DNA of 64,000 nt, from assembly GCA_964624415.1 (NCBI GenBank), contig CAZUWR010000002.1:76454-140453 (forward strand), read 5' to 3'. The notes under the pieces are model-generated. The model was not told the DNA's origin, did no database searches, and saw only the letters and a list, made by a program, of their open reading frames with translations. How positions within the stretch are numbered: the stretch's first letter is position 1; every line of letters begins with the position of its first letter. Shown piece by piece: positions 48,301-56,937 of the stretch. Position numbers and translations under genes: made by a program. Source of the DNA: an uncultured Bdellovibrionales bacterium. GTDB lineage: Bacteria; Patescibacteriota; Minisyncoccia; Moranbacterales; UBA1568.

Positions 48301-48329
48301 TGAAGCTGATGGTATGGCTCAAAAGGTAA
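45306..48329 (+). CDS. ileS: Isoleucine--tRNA ligase (type 2)
   Basis: FYDGPPFATGTPHYGH, GWDCHGLP, WTTTPWTLP, DWSISRQR, KMSKR. Confidence 0.98.
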   Translation: MKKVDVRQSLPKMEEEVLKYWSEEKIFEKSINNRADAPVYSFYDGPPFATGTPHYGHLVASALKDAVPRYWTMRGFSVERKWGWDCHGLPIENIAEKALGVKHKKDIEEMGVEKFNEFCRSTVLEYVDDWKKVITRFGRWADMEHAYKTMDKDYMESVWWVFKQLWDKGLIYESYRIMHVCTRCETTLSQSEVSEGYTDVKDLSATVKFELVDEPGTFVLAWTTTPWTLPGNVALAVGEDIEYVKVKDTWFELFKEEGKEGKFFTEYIILSKTAFHNGLYNKALENGKHVRGFHNTQPEVIETFRGSELVGKKYTPPFDSYYTDETLKDRENGWKIVHADFVTTDMGTGIAHEAPAFGDDDWELLKKEHLPFVQHVNLDGTIKAEVKELAGLSVKSKENPQATDIEVIKYLAGKGLLFAKEKYEHSYPHCWRCDTPLINYATSSWFVKVTDVKEKALKTAKEIEWSPEHVKAGRFGKWLEGARDWSISRQRFWASVMPVWKCDGNQQSTQNNQQGCGWVKVFESTKDLWAVSGVEINDLHKHIVDKITFPCEQCNGTMKRIPDVLDTWFDSGSMPYAQMHYMGEGSENAEKFEKSFPAQFIAEGIDQTRAWFYYLHILSAALMEKPAFKHVIVNGIVQAEDGKKMSKRLNNYPDPMLMFEKHGADAMRLYLLSSPIVSAENLNFSEKDMSEISRNVFRMLWNSYSFFVMYAEIDGWAPSQSTINNQQSTKNILDRWMLSELQLLIKEVNGYMEGYDMMRSTRAFAPFIDHLSNWYIRRSRKRFWKSEDDSDKNAAYQTLHTVLVTLAKLMAPFTPFIAEEIYRNLTGEESVHLTDYPVADEGLIDEQLNENMQHARFIVTVGLKFRADQKVKVRQPLLSVTARPIEKELQDIVTDELNVKQYISQEGMDGLVQLDLTITPELKKEGQAREIIRFIQETRKEAGFEVDDRIEVGYEGFETIFDTAELRDLIAKEVLAEKGLRAGEIAQTDIAKETTIDGVKLMVWLKR

Positions 48330-48407
48330 AAAGAGGAGAGAGATATGATACGAGCCCGCTACGAATATTTTTCGCAGCGGGCTCGGTTGGTAGTGATTGC
48401 GATTATT

Positions 48408-48770
48408 TCATCCATTACCAGCGTACGCTAGATGATTCTTGGTAGTCAATGAATCGAAGTAATTGGTGATAAAAGTGAAAAGACTACCAATAGCTGCTGT
48501 ACGTAGCGCTCGCGTGGCAGCGTTTTGAGAAGAGAGATAATGTTCTGCAAGCAAATCGTTTACGGCTCCCAGGAGCTTTTCTTGAAGACCTTTTAATACG
48601 CGGATTTCCCATTCGTAGCGTTTTGGTGATAATTTATAGATTGTCAAAAACATCTCTAAATCGTCTTTAAGCCCGATGAATTCCTGGACGTTTTCAGGAG
48701 TAAAACATTGCTTTACTGCAAGATTTGCTATGAATTCATTTATTTCAGCTTCTCTTTCGGTATCGTTCAT
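48408..48770 (-). CDS. Hypothetical protein
   Basis: AT-rich ORF with CGAGGA SD. Confidence 0.6.
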   Translation of the reverse strand: MNDTEREAEINEFIANLAVKQCFTPENVQEFIGLKDDLEMFLTIYKLSPKRYEWEIRVLKGLQEKLLGAVNDLLAEHYLSSQNAATRALRTAAIGSLFTFITNYFDSLTTKNHLAYAGNG

Positions 48771-48854
48771 GGTGCTGTCCTCGTTGGATTTTGTGTGTTT
48801 TAAAAAAAACGTGCCTGCCAGGAATTGTCCGGGCAGGCGTTTTCGTTTGGTTGT

Positions 48855-49220
48855 TTATGACGTTACTGATGCTGACAACGTTAGTACAGTGCCGGACATT
48901 ATTTTATCGGCCCTCCAATTGCAAAGGATTATGGATAGATCGCTGCCAGACTTTTTGATTGTTGTAATCAAACAATCCAATAAATAACATATAGGAGTTC
49001 TTTCTTCAGGTACTTTTCCGAGCTCGGCGGCTTTTTTGCAAAAACGTTGCTGCGTGTAGTGGATATCACCCTCTGCACTACCGATAACAGTGAGACACTC
49101 AGTTTTTATCGTATAATCTTCAAGAGTTTCGATAAGATAGCCAATTTCGCCATCACTGAGGATAAGGAGGCTGTTTTTCGGAATTTCTATTCTTTTGAGT
49201 CGGGCTGATTTTTTTTTCAT
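48855..49220 (-). CDS. Hypothetical protein
   Basis: AT-rich ORF with GAGGA SD and downstream hairpin. Confidence 0.6.
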   Translation of the reverse strand: MKKKSARLKRIEIPKNSLLILSDGEIGYLIETLEDYTIKTECLTVIGSAEGDIHYTQQRFCKKAAELGKVPEERTPICYLLDCLITTIKKSGSDLSIILCNWRADKIMSGTVLTLSASVTS

Positions 49221-49256
49221 GATTATTCCTCTTGCTTTTCTGTGAAGGGTTTGTTT

Positions 49257-49451
49257 TTAACTTTCTTGAATTGGATAACAAGGGAGTGTGTTTATGTCCA
49301 CATCTTCCCATGCACTATTGATGAAATTTAATTGAGCCTGTTGTTGTCTGTGGTATGTTTTGATATCTGATGTAGATTCACCAAGTTCATTGAACCACAC
49401 TCGATTGCCGAGAGTAAGACCATTATGTGGATGGACATTTTGATGGCGCAT
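49257..49451 (-). CDS. Small hypothetical protein
   Basis: 64-aa ORF co-oriented with neighbours, AGGG upstream. Confidence 0.4.
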   Translation of the reverse strand: MRHQNVHPHNGLTLGNRVWFNELGESTSDIKTYHRQQQAQLNFINSAWEDVDINTLPCYPIQES

Positions 49452-49712
49452 AATAACCCCTATTTCTTGATATTTTTTTGGGAAGGTTCTTGTTGTATTC
49501 CCCGCAATGTTCAGCAGGAAATATACCAGGAGTGTAGTATAAATTCATAATTATGTCAAGAGCGCATGACTTTTGTGTGACTTTTGGCGGAGAGAAGGTG
49601 TGAAAAAACCACTTGAGTACAAGCGATTAGAAATAGAGTTAGGGGTAAAAAATAAGTGTAGCATGGAATTCCATGCTACACCCTGTGAAAGAAATATCTC
49701 TTGAATAGAGTG

Positions 49713-50924
49713 TTACTCGAACACGTATCCAGTTGGTACGGTTACGATACCGCTTTCTGGATTCTTTTGGTCGAAATACAGTCCACGAGCCACATCATCT
49801 TCTCGATTATAGCCAATGACAGTATCTGGTGGAATAACAACCCCCTCACAGATAATAGCCTTCTGAATTTTGCAGCCTTTATGAATAACTACATTATCAA
49901 ATACAACCGTATTTCTGATAATTGATTCATAAAGAAGGCTACTTCGTCCGATAAGCGCTCCATCCACATCGCATCTTTCGACGATAGCCCCACCAGCCAA
50001 GGCAAAGATCCCGTGAGAATAATTGTTTTTCCCCATTGGTAGGTTATCTGTCCCGGTTCGCATAGGCCAGTCTTTATTGTAAAGATTGATAGATGGTTTC
50101 ATTGAAACCAAATCCATACAAGCATTCCAATAAGATTCTACGGTACCGACATCTTGCCAGTAGTGCTCAGTTTGTCCAGGGATAACATTATCTTGATAAT
50201 TGTATGCGAACATAGGTATGTTATCATCCAACATCTTTGGAATAATATCGTTGCCAAAATCATGACCAACAGTATCGTCATTGAGAATGGTTTCTAAATC
50301 AAGCAGATTGAAAAAATAGTGACCCATCGAAACCAGAGAACGCCCTGGACGCCCTGGAATTTCAGCTGGGCATTCAGGTTTTTCAGTGAATTTTTCTATA
50401 CGGCCAGCGTAATTAACGGTAAGCACGCCAAACCTCGACGCATCTTTCGTATTTATTTCCATAGCACATATAGTGCATGAGGATTTCGTCTGTAGATGGT
50501 ATTCATACATTTGTTTGAAATCAATAGCTACAACATGGTCTCCAGAGAGAACCGCGATATGTTGAGGATTTCCACAATTTTTAATAATACCAAGGTTTTG
50601 AAGGATAGCGTCAGCAGTCCCCCGATACCAATCATCGATTCCATTTGCTTGTTGCGGATGGATAGTATAGATGGAAAACCCAAGAAGTGGTGCTGATGGC
50701 CAATTTTCATTCACATGAATATTGAGCGGGTGCGCCAAGTATTGTGTTGCTAGAAGTATTCTTCTGAATCCTGAATTGACAGAATTTGATAACATAAAGT
50801 CAATGATTTTATGTTTACCAAAAGGAACAGCTGGTTTTGGTAAGACGTTTGTAATAGGACCTAAACGACCGCCTCTGCCGCCAGCCAAGATAATTACAGG
50901 TACACTATCGATATATTCTGACAT
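49713..50924 (-). CDS. glgC: Glucose-1-phosphate adenylyltransferase
   Basis: ILAGGRGGRL, KPAVPFG, WYRGTADA, LSGDH, EKP, HDFGNDIIP, YWQDVGT. Confidence 0.93.
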   Translation of the reverse strand: MSEYIDSVPVIILAGGRGGRLGPITNVLPKPAVPFGKHKIIDFMLSNSVNSGFRRILLATQYLAHPLNIHVNENWPSAPLLGFSIYTIHPQQANGIDDWYRGTADAILQNLGIIKNCGNPQHIAVLSGDHVVAIDFKQMYEYHLQTKSSCTICAMEINTKDASRFGVLTVNYAGRIEKFTEKPECPAEIPGRPGRSLVSMGHYFFNLLDLETILNDDTVGHDFGNDIIPKMLDDNIPMFAYNYQDNVIPGQTEHYWQDVGTVESYWNACMDLVSMKPSINLYNKDWPMRTGTDNLPMGKNNYSHGIFALAGGAIVERCDVDGALIGRSSLLYESIIRNTVVFDNVVIHKGCKIQKAIICEGVVIPPDTVIGYNREDDVARGLYFDQKNPESGIVTVPTGYVFE

Positions 50925-51195
50925 AATTTTATCCTCGATCTAAATTTGTAATGTGCAAAGGTTGAGAGTAAATGCATAGATTTCTCTAGCGACAATCAAC
51001 ATTGTTTGAATGTTTATCAAAAATTGATAAACATAGGATGTATCCTCAATCTCGGTAAAATAACCAAGATGAAGATACTGAAGGATACCATAGGGATTAT
51101 ATTTTGTCAATACTTTCGGACAGATGCAGTGAAAAATGCCCTCAAAGAAGGGATGAACCTTACTGTGAGGCGAAAAAGAGGGTATACTGAAGGCT

Positions 51196-51918
51196 ATGGA
51201 ATACAACTACACCGCTATTATTCTGCGGAAAAAAAAGATCGGCGAGACGGATCGTCTGTACACTTTCTATACCCTCGAAGCGGGGAAACTGCAGTCGATC
51301 GGGCGCGGTATCCGCAAGCCCCAGGCCAAGTTGGCCGGTCATCTGGAGACGCTGAGCCAGTCGGATGTCATCGTGGCGCGCCGGCACGGCTTGGGTAATA
51401 TCGCGAGCGCCATCACGGAGCGGTATTTTCTCGCGCTCAAATCGGACGAGGCGACACTTGCGCTCGTGTTCGAATCCATCGCTTCATTTGAAAAACTGGT
51501 TGATTTTGAGGAAAAGGACGAAGCTTTGTTTGATTTGTTGCAGATCTATCTGACGACCGCCAACGCTCTCGTATCGGAGGGTAAGTCGGACAAGGTCAAA
51601 ATCGTGACGCAGGGGTTTTTGTTTCAGCTCCTCAGTCACCTCGGGTATCATTTGGAGATGCGCGCTTGTGCTGTTTCCGGTGAACCATTGGCCTCGGTCA
51701 ATCGCTACTACTTCAGTCCCGATGCCGGAGGGGTTATCGAAGCGCGATTTGTGGGTCAGGCTCAGCGAGCGGTCGCTATCAATGAAAACGCTATCAAGCT
51801 CATCCGGCTGTTTTTTCAGAATAAACTCTCTTCGCTTTCGCGGGTACAAGTGGCACAGGAAGATCTGGTATGCGTCGAGTCGGTGTCGCGGGCGTTTTTG
51901 CAGTGGATCGGACAGTAA
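51196..51918 (+). CDS. recO: DNA repair protein RecO
   Basis: GETDR, GK...RGIRK...KLAGHLE, LGY...CAVSG. Confidence 0.9.
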   Translation: MEYNYTAIILRKKKIGETDRLYTFYTLEAGKLQSIGRGIRKPQAKLAGHLETLSQSDVIVARRHGLGNIASAITERYFLALKSDEATLALVFESIASFEKLVDFEEKDEALFDLLQIYLTTANALVSEGKSDKVKIVTQGFLFQLLSHLGYHLEMRACAVSGEPLASVNRYYFSPDAGGVIEARFVGQAQRAVAINENAIKLIRLFFQNKLSSLSRVQVAQEDLVCVESVSRAFLQWIGQ

Positions 51919-52095
51919 AGAAGACAATCGTATTTGAGATGAATTTCTATGGAAAAGATTTTTTCAAAAGCCATTGGCGTACTCGCCTCGGCTGTGAAAA
52001 AATACTTTTGCGTAGAAATCCGCTTGAAAGAATGTCTTATACGGCAATAAAGTATGCTATACTGGACGCAGAATAAAGTACTAAAAGTTATCGTT

Positions 52096-53964
52096 ATGGG
52101 ACTTCAAGACTTGAATGAGGAATTGTATAAACGCGAAGGCGCTAATCGGCAAAATGCCCGATCGGGTGCTTTCGAGGTGCGACAGAACTTCCAAGAAAAC
52201 ACCGCTCGCGATGCCTTCCAAGCGCAGAATGGTTGGAGCAGCGTGCAAGAATCTTTCGCGAGTAAGCACCGGGATGCTATAAAAAGAGGGCTGATCGCTG
52301 CGGGAAGTATCATCATCATCGCCTTGTGCTATTTTGTCTTCACGCTTTTTCGGCAGTCGGCATTCAGTAGCGACCATGTGGCGCTCAAGGTGGATGGGCC
52401 TTCGGATGTGAGCGGCTCGGAGGCATCGCTGTTTGTTTTCACCTATACTAATACCAATCGTGCCAATTTGACGGATGCGGAGCTATCACTGACCTACCCG
52501 GAGAATTTCAAGCCGGATGCATTGGAAAATATGACTATCAGCGGATCATCGAGCAATCTGCATATCGGCACGATAGCGGGACACTCGGAAGGAAGGATCA
52601 GTATTCACGGGAAGTTTTACGGTTCCAAGGGTTCCATTGCGTATATCAAGGGCGTGCTTCGTTACAAGCCGGACGGGGTGGGAAGTTCGTTTCAAGCGGA
52701 TTCGCAGATCGGCGTGACGATTCAGTCGCCTTCCATCAGGATTTCTATGGAAGCGCCGCTGGAGGTGTCTTCGGGAGGTGTGGTGGAATATCGTGCGGAC
52801 TATACCAATATGAGTGATGTATCGTTCAGTAACCTTCGTTTAAAAATGGACTATCCGGATGGGTTTCATTTGCAGAGCGCCGATCCGAAGACTTCGGAAG
52901 GGGATGCGATTTGGTATGTGGGTAATCTTGCACCCGGCCAATCGGGTAGTATCCGCGTAACCGGTACGCTTGATGGTTCTAAAAATGAAGTTAAAACGCT
53001 CCGCGCGCATATCGGGATGATGCAGGGCAACGGGGAATTGCTTTCGTATAGCGATGGTGACAGACTGACTAAAATCGTCGCTTCGCCGCTGTTGGTACAG
53101 CAAACGGTCAATGGTTTGGATAAACTCAATGCCAATGCGGGAGGTGTACTTAATTATGTCGTTCGCTATCGCAATGACAGCGATCTTGGTTTGCGCAATA
53201 TCATTATCACACTGGAGATTCAGGGAGCCGCGGTTGATTTTTCAAGACTACAGTCTTCGGGCGGCGCTTTTGATAGCGCGCGCAAGGTGGTCACCTGGAA
53301 GGCCTCGGATATCAAGGATCTGGCTAACTTAGGGCCTGGCAAAGAAGGATCTGTCTCGGTAACTGTTCCCGTTTTCGCAAGCATTCCTGTAAAGGCAGTA
53401 TCGGATACGAATTTCGTCGTAACCAGCATCGCCAAGATCGACAGTCCGGATATCGCTACGCCAAGCGGCGCAAACAAGGTGATTGGCAGCAATACTTTGC
53501 AGGTTAAGATCAATTCCGGCGTCAGCATACAATCAGCGGCGCTGTATCAAGACACTGCACTGCCAAATACCGGTCCTATGCCTATGCAGATTGGCCAAGA
53601 AACGACCTATACCATACACTGGACGGTTTCCAATACGACCAATGCTGTCGACAATGCGGTTGCGACGGCCTATCTGCCAACAGGTATCCGTTGGACAGGA
53701 AAAATCTCTCCGACATCGGAAAACATCACCTATGATGCTCGAACCAATCAGATCACCTGGAATCTGGGAACAATCAAAAACGGTGTTGGTTCTCTGTTAC
53801 CAGTACGCGAAGTCTTGTTTCAGGTAGGTGTGACACCGCAGGTCAATCAGGTAGAACAAAACGTTATGCTTGTGGATGAGGCTGCACTGACCGCTCACGA
53901 CACCTTTACGGGTGAAACCCTGCAATCGAAAATAGAAGGGCAACGATTAGCTATCCCTCAGTAA
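52096..53964 (+). CDS. Membrane-anchored multi-Ig-like (DUF11-type) surface protein
   Basis: Single TM near N-terminus then repeated beta-sandwich motifs (Y.N....L, W..GNL.PG). Confidence 0.7.
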   Translation: MGLQDLNEELYKREGANRQNARSGAFEVRQNFQENTARDAFQAQNGWSSVQESFASKHRDAIKRGLIAAGSIIIIALCYFVFTLFRQSAFSSDHVALKVDGPSDVSGSEASLFVFTYTNTNRANLTDAELSLTYPENFKPDALENMTISGSSSNLHIGTIAGHSEGRISIHGKFYGSKGSIAYIKGVLRYKPDGVGSSFQADSQIGVTIQSPSIRISMEAPLEVSSGGVVEYRADYTNMSDVSFSNLRLKMDYPDGFHLQSADPKTSEGDAIWYVGNLAPGQSGSIRVTGTLDGSKNEVKTLRAHIGMMQGNGELLSYSDGDRLTKIVASPLLVQQTVNGLDKLNANAGGVLNYVVRYRNDSDLGLRNIIITLEIQGAAVDFSRLQSSGGAFDSARKVVTWKASDIKDLANLGPGKEGSVSVTVPVFASIPVKAVSDTNFVVTSIAKIDSPDIATPSGANKVIGSNTLQVKINSGVSIQSAALYQDTALPNTGPMPMQIGQETTYTIHWTVSNTTNAVDNAVATAYLPTGIRWTGKISPTSENITYDARTNQITWNLGTIKNGVGSLLPVREVLFQVGVTPQVNQVEQNVMLVDEAALTAHDTFTGETLQSKIEGQRLAIPQ

Positions 53965-53974
53965 CTGTTCGATT

Positions 53975-55135
53975 ATGTTTGAAATAACCCAACAAGAAGG
54001 CGCGAGCCGTCACGGTACGCTGACCACGAGAGCCGGCGCCCTACAGACACCGTTTTTTATGCCGGATGCTACCCGTGCATCCGTGCGCGGTCTGACGTCC
54101 GATGAAATTGCCGATACTGGCGTGGGCGCACTTGTGGTAAATACCTATCATTTGCTTTTGCAGCCTGGCGAAGAGCTCATTGGGCATGCTGGCGGAATAC
54201 ATCGCTTTATGCGCTGGGATCGGCCCATACTTTCCGACTCGGGCGGATATCAGGTTTATTCGCTTATACATAAACATCCCGGGACGGGTAAAATTACCGA
54301 AGAGGGTGCACAGTTTCGTTCGACTCGCGACGGCTCAAAACACCTGCTCACTCCCGAGCGAGCGATACAGGTGCAGTTTGATCTTGGAGTGGACATGATG
54401 GTATGTCTGGATGATCCGCGTCCCAATGATGTCAGTGAAGAAGAAGCATCCGCAGCAGTGGATCGGACGCTGCGATGGGCGAAACGATGTCGGGAGGAGT
54501 ATGATGGACAGATAGCGGCGAGGGCAATGACCGATGCGAATCGTCCGCTTTTGTTCGGTGTCGTGCAAGGCGGACTCTTTGTTCCATTACGGGAGCGATG
54601 CGCCCAAGGACTGGCAGCTCTCGGGTTTGATGGGTACGGTTTCGGCGGGCGGCACATCGGTGAAGATGGGCAGTTTCTGACGGATATACTTGCGAAGACG
54701 GCAGCGTTTATTCCGGAGAAGAGTATTCGTTTCGCGCTCGGTATCGGAACACCTGCGGATATCGTGCGTTGTTTTGCACTCGGGTGGGATATGTTTGACT
54801 GTGTTATCCCGACGCGTGAAGGGCGGCACGGACGATTGTTTGTGTGGAAAGACTTGTCAAAGAACGATGAGCATAGAACAATAAACGAAGAAAAGGCGAT
54901 AAGCAACGACACTGTATTGCCAGATGATTTCTATGAAACTATTAATATCAACAATGAACGGTTCAGAGAAGACTTCACCCCTATCGATTCGACATGTGAT
55001 TGCACAGCTTGCAAGCAGTATTCAAGGGCGTATATAAGGCACTTGTTTTCCGTCAGTGAACCTTTGGCACAGCATCTCACTTCTATTCACAACCTGCGTT
55101 TTTATGCGAGGCTGATGGAACGCTTGCGAAAATGA
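53975..55135 (+). CDS. tgt: tRNA-guanine transglycosylase
   Basis: TPFFMP, NTYHL, SDSGGYQ, VVQGG, DMFDCVIPTR, CDCTAC, HNL. Confidence 0.93.
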   Translation: MFEITQQEGASRHGTLTTRAGALQTPFFMPDATRASVRGLTSDEIADTGVGALVVNTYHLLLQPGEELIGHAGGIHRFMRWDRPILSDSGGYQVYSLIHKHPGTGKITEEGAQFRSTRDGSKHLLTPERAIQVQFDLGVDMMVCLDDPRPNDVSEEEASAAVDRTLRWAKRCREEYDGQIAARAMTDANRPLLFGVVQGGLFVPLRERCAQGLAALGFDGYGFGGRHIGEDGQFLTDILAKTAAFIPEKSIRFALGIGTPADIVRCFALGWDMFDCVIPTREGRHGRLFVWKDLSKNDEHRTINEEKAISNDTVLPDDFYETININNERFREDFTPIDSTCDCTACKQYSRAYIRHLFSVSEPLAQHLTSIHNLRFYARLMERLRK

Positions 55136-55218
55136 GGCTTTTTTGCTAGAGTAAATGCGTAGTTCAGATGACTGGGAAATCCCAGTTTTTCTTTTAACAA
55201 AAGAGAGTAGGTGGAAAG

Positions 55219-55959
55219 ATGAAAAATATATCAGTAGGGGCGAGCGGCATTATTGTTGCCGCCGATGTCGCAAATCATGAGGACTTGCGTTTGTTGTTAA
55301 CTGCATTGAAAGATATCCGCGGGATAGTGGGAGTGAAGGTTGGTTTTTTGCTCGCGATGCAAGGTCTTGAGAAAACGGTGAACATAATTCGCGATATACT
55401 TCATGATGATGTCGATATCATTTATGATCATCAGAAGGCTGGAAATGATATTCCGGATATGGGCATACCCTTTGCAGGGGCTCTCAAGCATGCCGGTGTC
55501 AATGGAGCTATTTTGTTTCCTTTCGCCGGACCGGAAACGCAGACAGTGTGGACACAAGCATGCTTTGACGAAGGTCTTGAAGTATTGACCGGAGGCATTA
55601 TGACGCATGCGAGGTTTCTTGTCAGCGAAGACGGGTATATCGATGATGCCGCTGCGTTTGAAATATATGAGCGGGCTGCAGATTTGGGTTGCCGACACTT
55701 CGTGGTTCCCGGAACAAAAATCGATTGGGTTATCAAGATTCGTACTTATTTGGACGAGTCGCTCGGTGTGGGCGAGTTTTCTTTGCATGCCCCGGGATTT
55801 ATCACTCAAGGCGGCGATATATCCGAATGCGGTAAAGCAGCCGGAGTGAGTTTCTTTCCGATTGTGGGAAGGGCTATTTACGGAAAAATTGGAGTTGCGG
55901 CGCAAAAAGCCGCAGCGACAGACATTGCTGAAAAATTCCTTGTTTATATGAGTGATTAG
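55219..55959 (+). CDS. pyrF: Orotidine-5'-phosphate decarboxylase (archaeal-like)
   Basis: IVAAD, GVKVG, DHQKAGNDIPD, VVPGT, APG...QGG, IVGRAIY. Confidence 0.85.
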   Translation: MKNISVGASGIIVAADVANHEDLRLLLTALKDIRGIVGVKVGFLLAMQGLEKTVNIIRDILHDDVDIIYDHQKAGNDIPDMGIPFAGALKHAGVNGAILFPFAGPETQTVWTQACFDEGLEVLTGGIMTHARFLVSEDGYIDDAAAFEIYERAADLGCRHFVVPGTKIDWVIKIRTYLDESLGVGEFSLHAPGFITQGGDISECGKAAGVSFFPIVGRAIYGKIGVAAQKAAATDIAEKFLVYMSD

Positions 55960-56022
55960 TCAATGTTTCAAAGAGTTATGGTAGAGCACAATATGTTCTG
56001 AACGTGCTGAGTAAAATTTTAG

Positions 56023-56063
56023 AGGTGGTGATGAAAACTGCAGTAGTTTTCATCACCTTTTTT
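56023..56063 (+). terminator. Intrinsic terminator after pyrF
   Basis: ggtgatgaaaact-gcagt-agttttcatcacc + T-run. Confidence 0.75.
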
Positions 56064-56164
56064 GAACCATATTTTAATTTTTTTTAAAAATGTAAGGCAT
56101 TTCGGGGTTGAAAAATACCACCTGGTTTTGTATTTGAGATTAATGCTGCCCACTCTTCGTCGCA

Positions 56165-56244
56165 GAACCTTTGGCGCAGCATCTACCTCTATTCACAACC
56201 TGCGTTTTTATGCGAGGCTGATGGAGCGTTTGCGGGGAGAATAA
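56165..56244 (+). pseudogene. Duplicated 3' fragment of tgt
   Basis: 38-nt exact match to 55082-55119 within ~70-nt similarity; encodes SIHNLRFYARLMERLR. Confidence 0.85.
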
Positions 56245-56327
56245 GTATATGGAAAGAATAGAGTAGTAGGAATAGAAAAACCCGCGGTAACCTTTTGGTC
56301 GCGGGTTTTTTTGTCTTTTTTGTTCTC

Positions 56328-56726
56328 TTAGAATGAGAGTTGAAAAAGCTTCTTATTGTTATTGTTTGTGAACATAATTTTGCCAGAAGCTGTTTCTGCA
56401 GTAATATGTCGTATCTGAGCATTGTCGGTAGTTTCATCTTTAAGATGCTCGTATATCGCGACATCCTCAGGATAGACTGAAAAAGATATTTTTTTATTAC
56501 CTAACCTGACAAGAATATAGTAACGAACAAGAAATGGGCGTTGTGTAGATTTGTAAGGCGTAATTCCAACAACAACTGCATTTCTTTCCGATTTCCGGAG
56601 CTTTTTTAGAAACTCTTGGGTGGTGATGGGCGTTCCATCAGAGGACTGTTTTCCTGCGCGACGACCCAATACATATGCGGCAACAAGGAGTATGCCTATT
56701 AGAACTACAAGTGTCGGTGTGCTCAT
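56328..56726 (-). CDS. Hypothetical membrane-anchored protein
   Basis: N-terminal TM, GGAG SD, own terminator. Confidence 0.6.
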   Translation of the reverse strand: MSTPTLVVLIGILLVAAYVLGRRAGKQSSDGTPITTQEFLKKLRKSERNAVVVGITPYKSTQRPFLVRYYILVRLGNKKISFSVYPEDVAIYEHLKDETTDNAQIRHITAETASGKIMFTNNNNKKLFQLSF

Positions 56727-56937
56727 GATGTTTCTCCGGTCATCGAGAGGGAATCGGATTGCCCCATTCCTCGTGACCTACCTTTCTATAGAAGCACGGA
56801 GGAGTAATTTTGTCAATGATTTCGGACATATACGGTATTCGCGATGGGATGATCAAAAAGAAAACGCACCACCCCGGTTCTTTACGATTGTGTAAAGAGG
56901 GTGATGCGTTGTGAGGGTTAAGAGAAGCGGCGGATAA

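Noticed and set aside
48408-51190. Prophage or integrative element in the AT-rich block after ileS
   Set aside because: No integrase, structural genes or flanking direct repeats found
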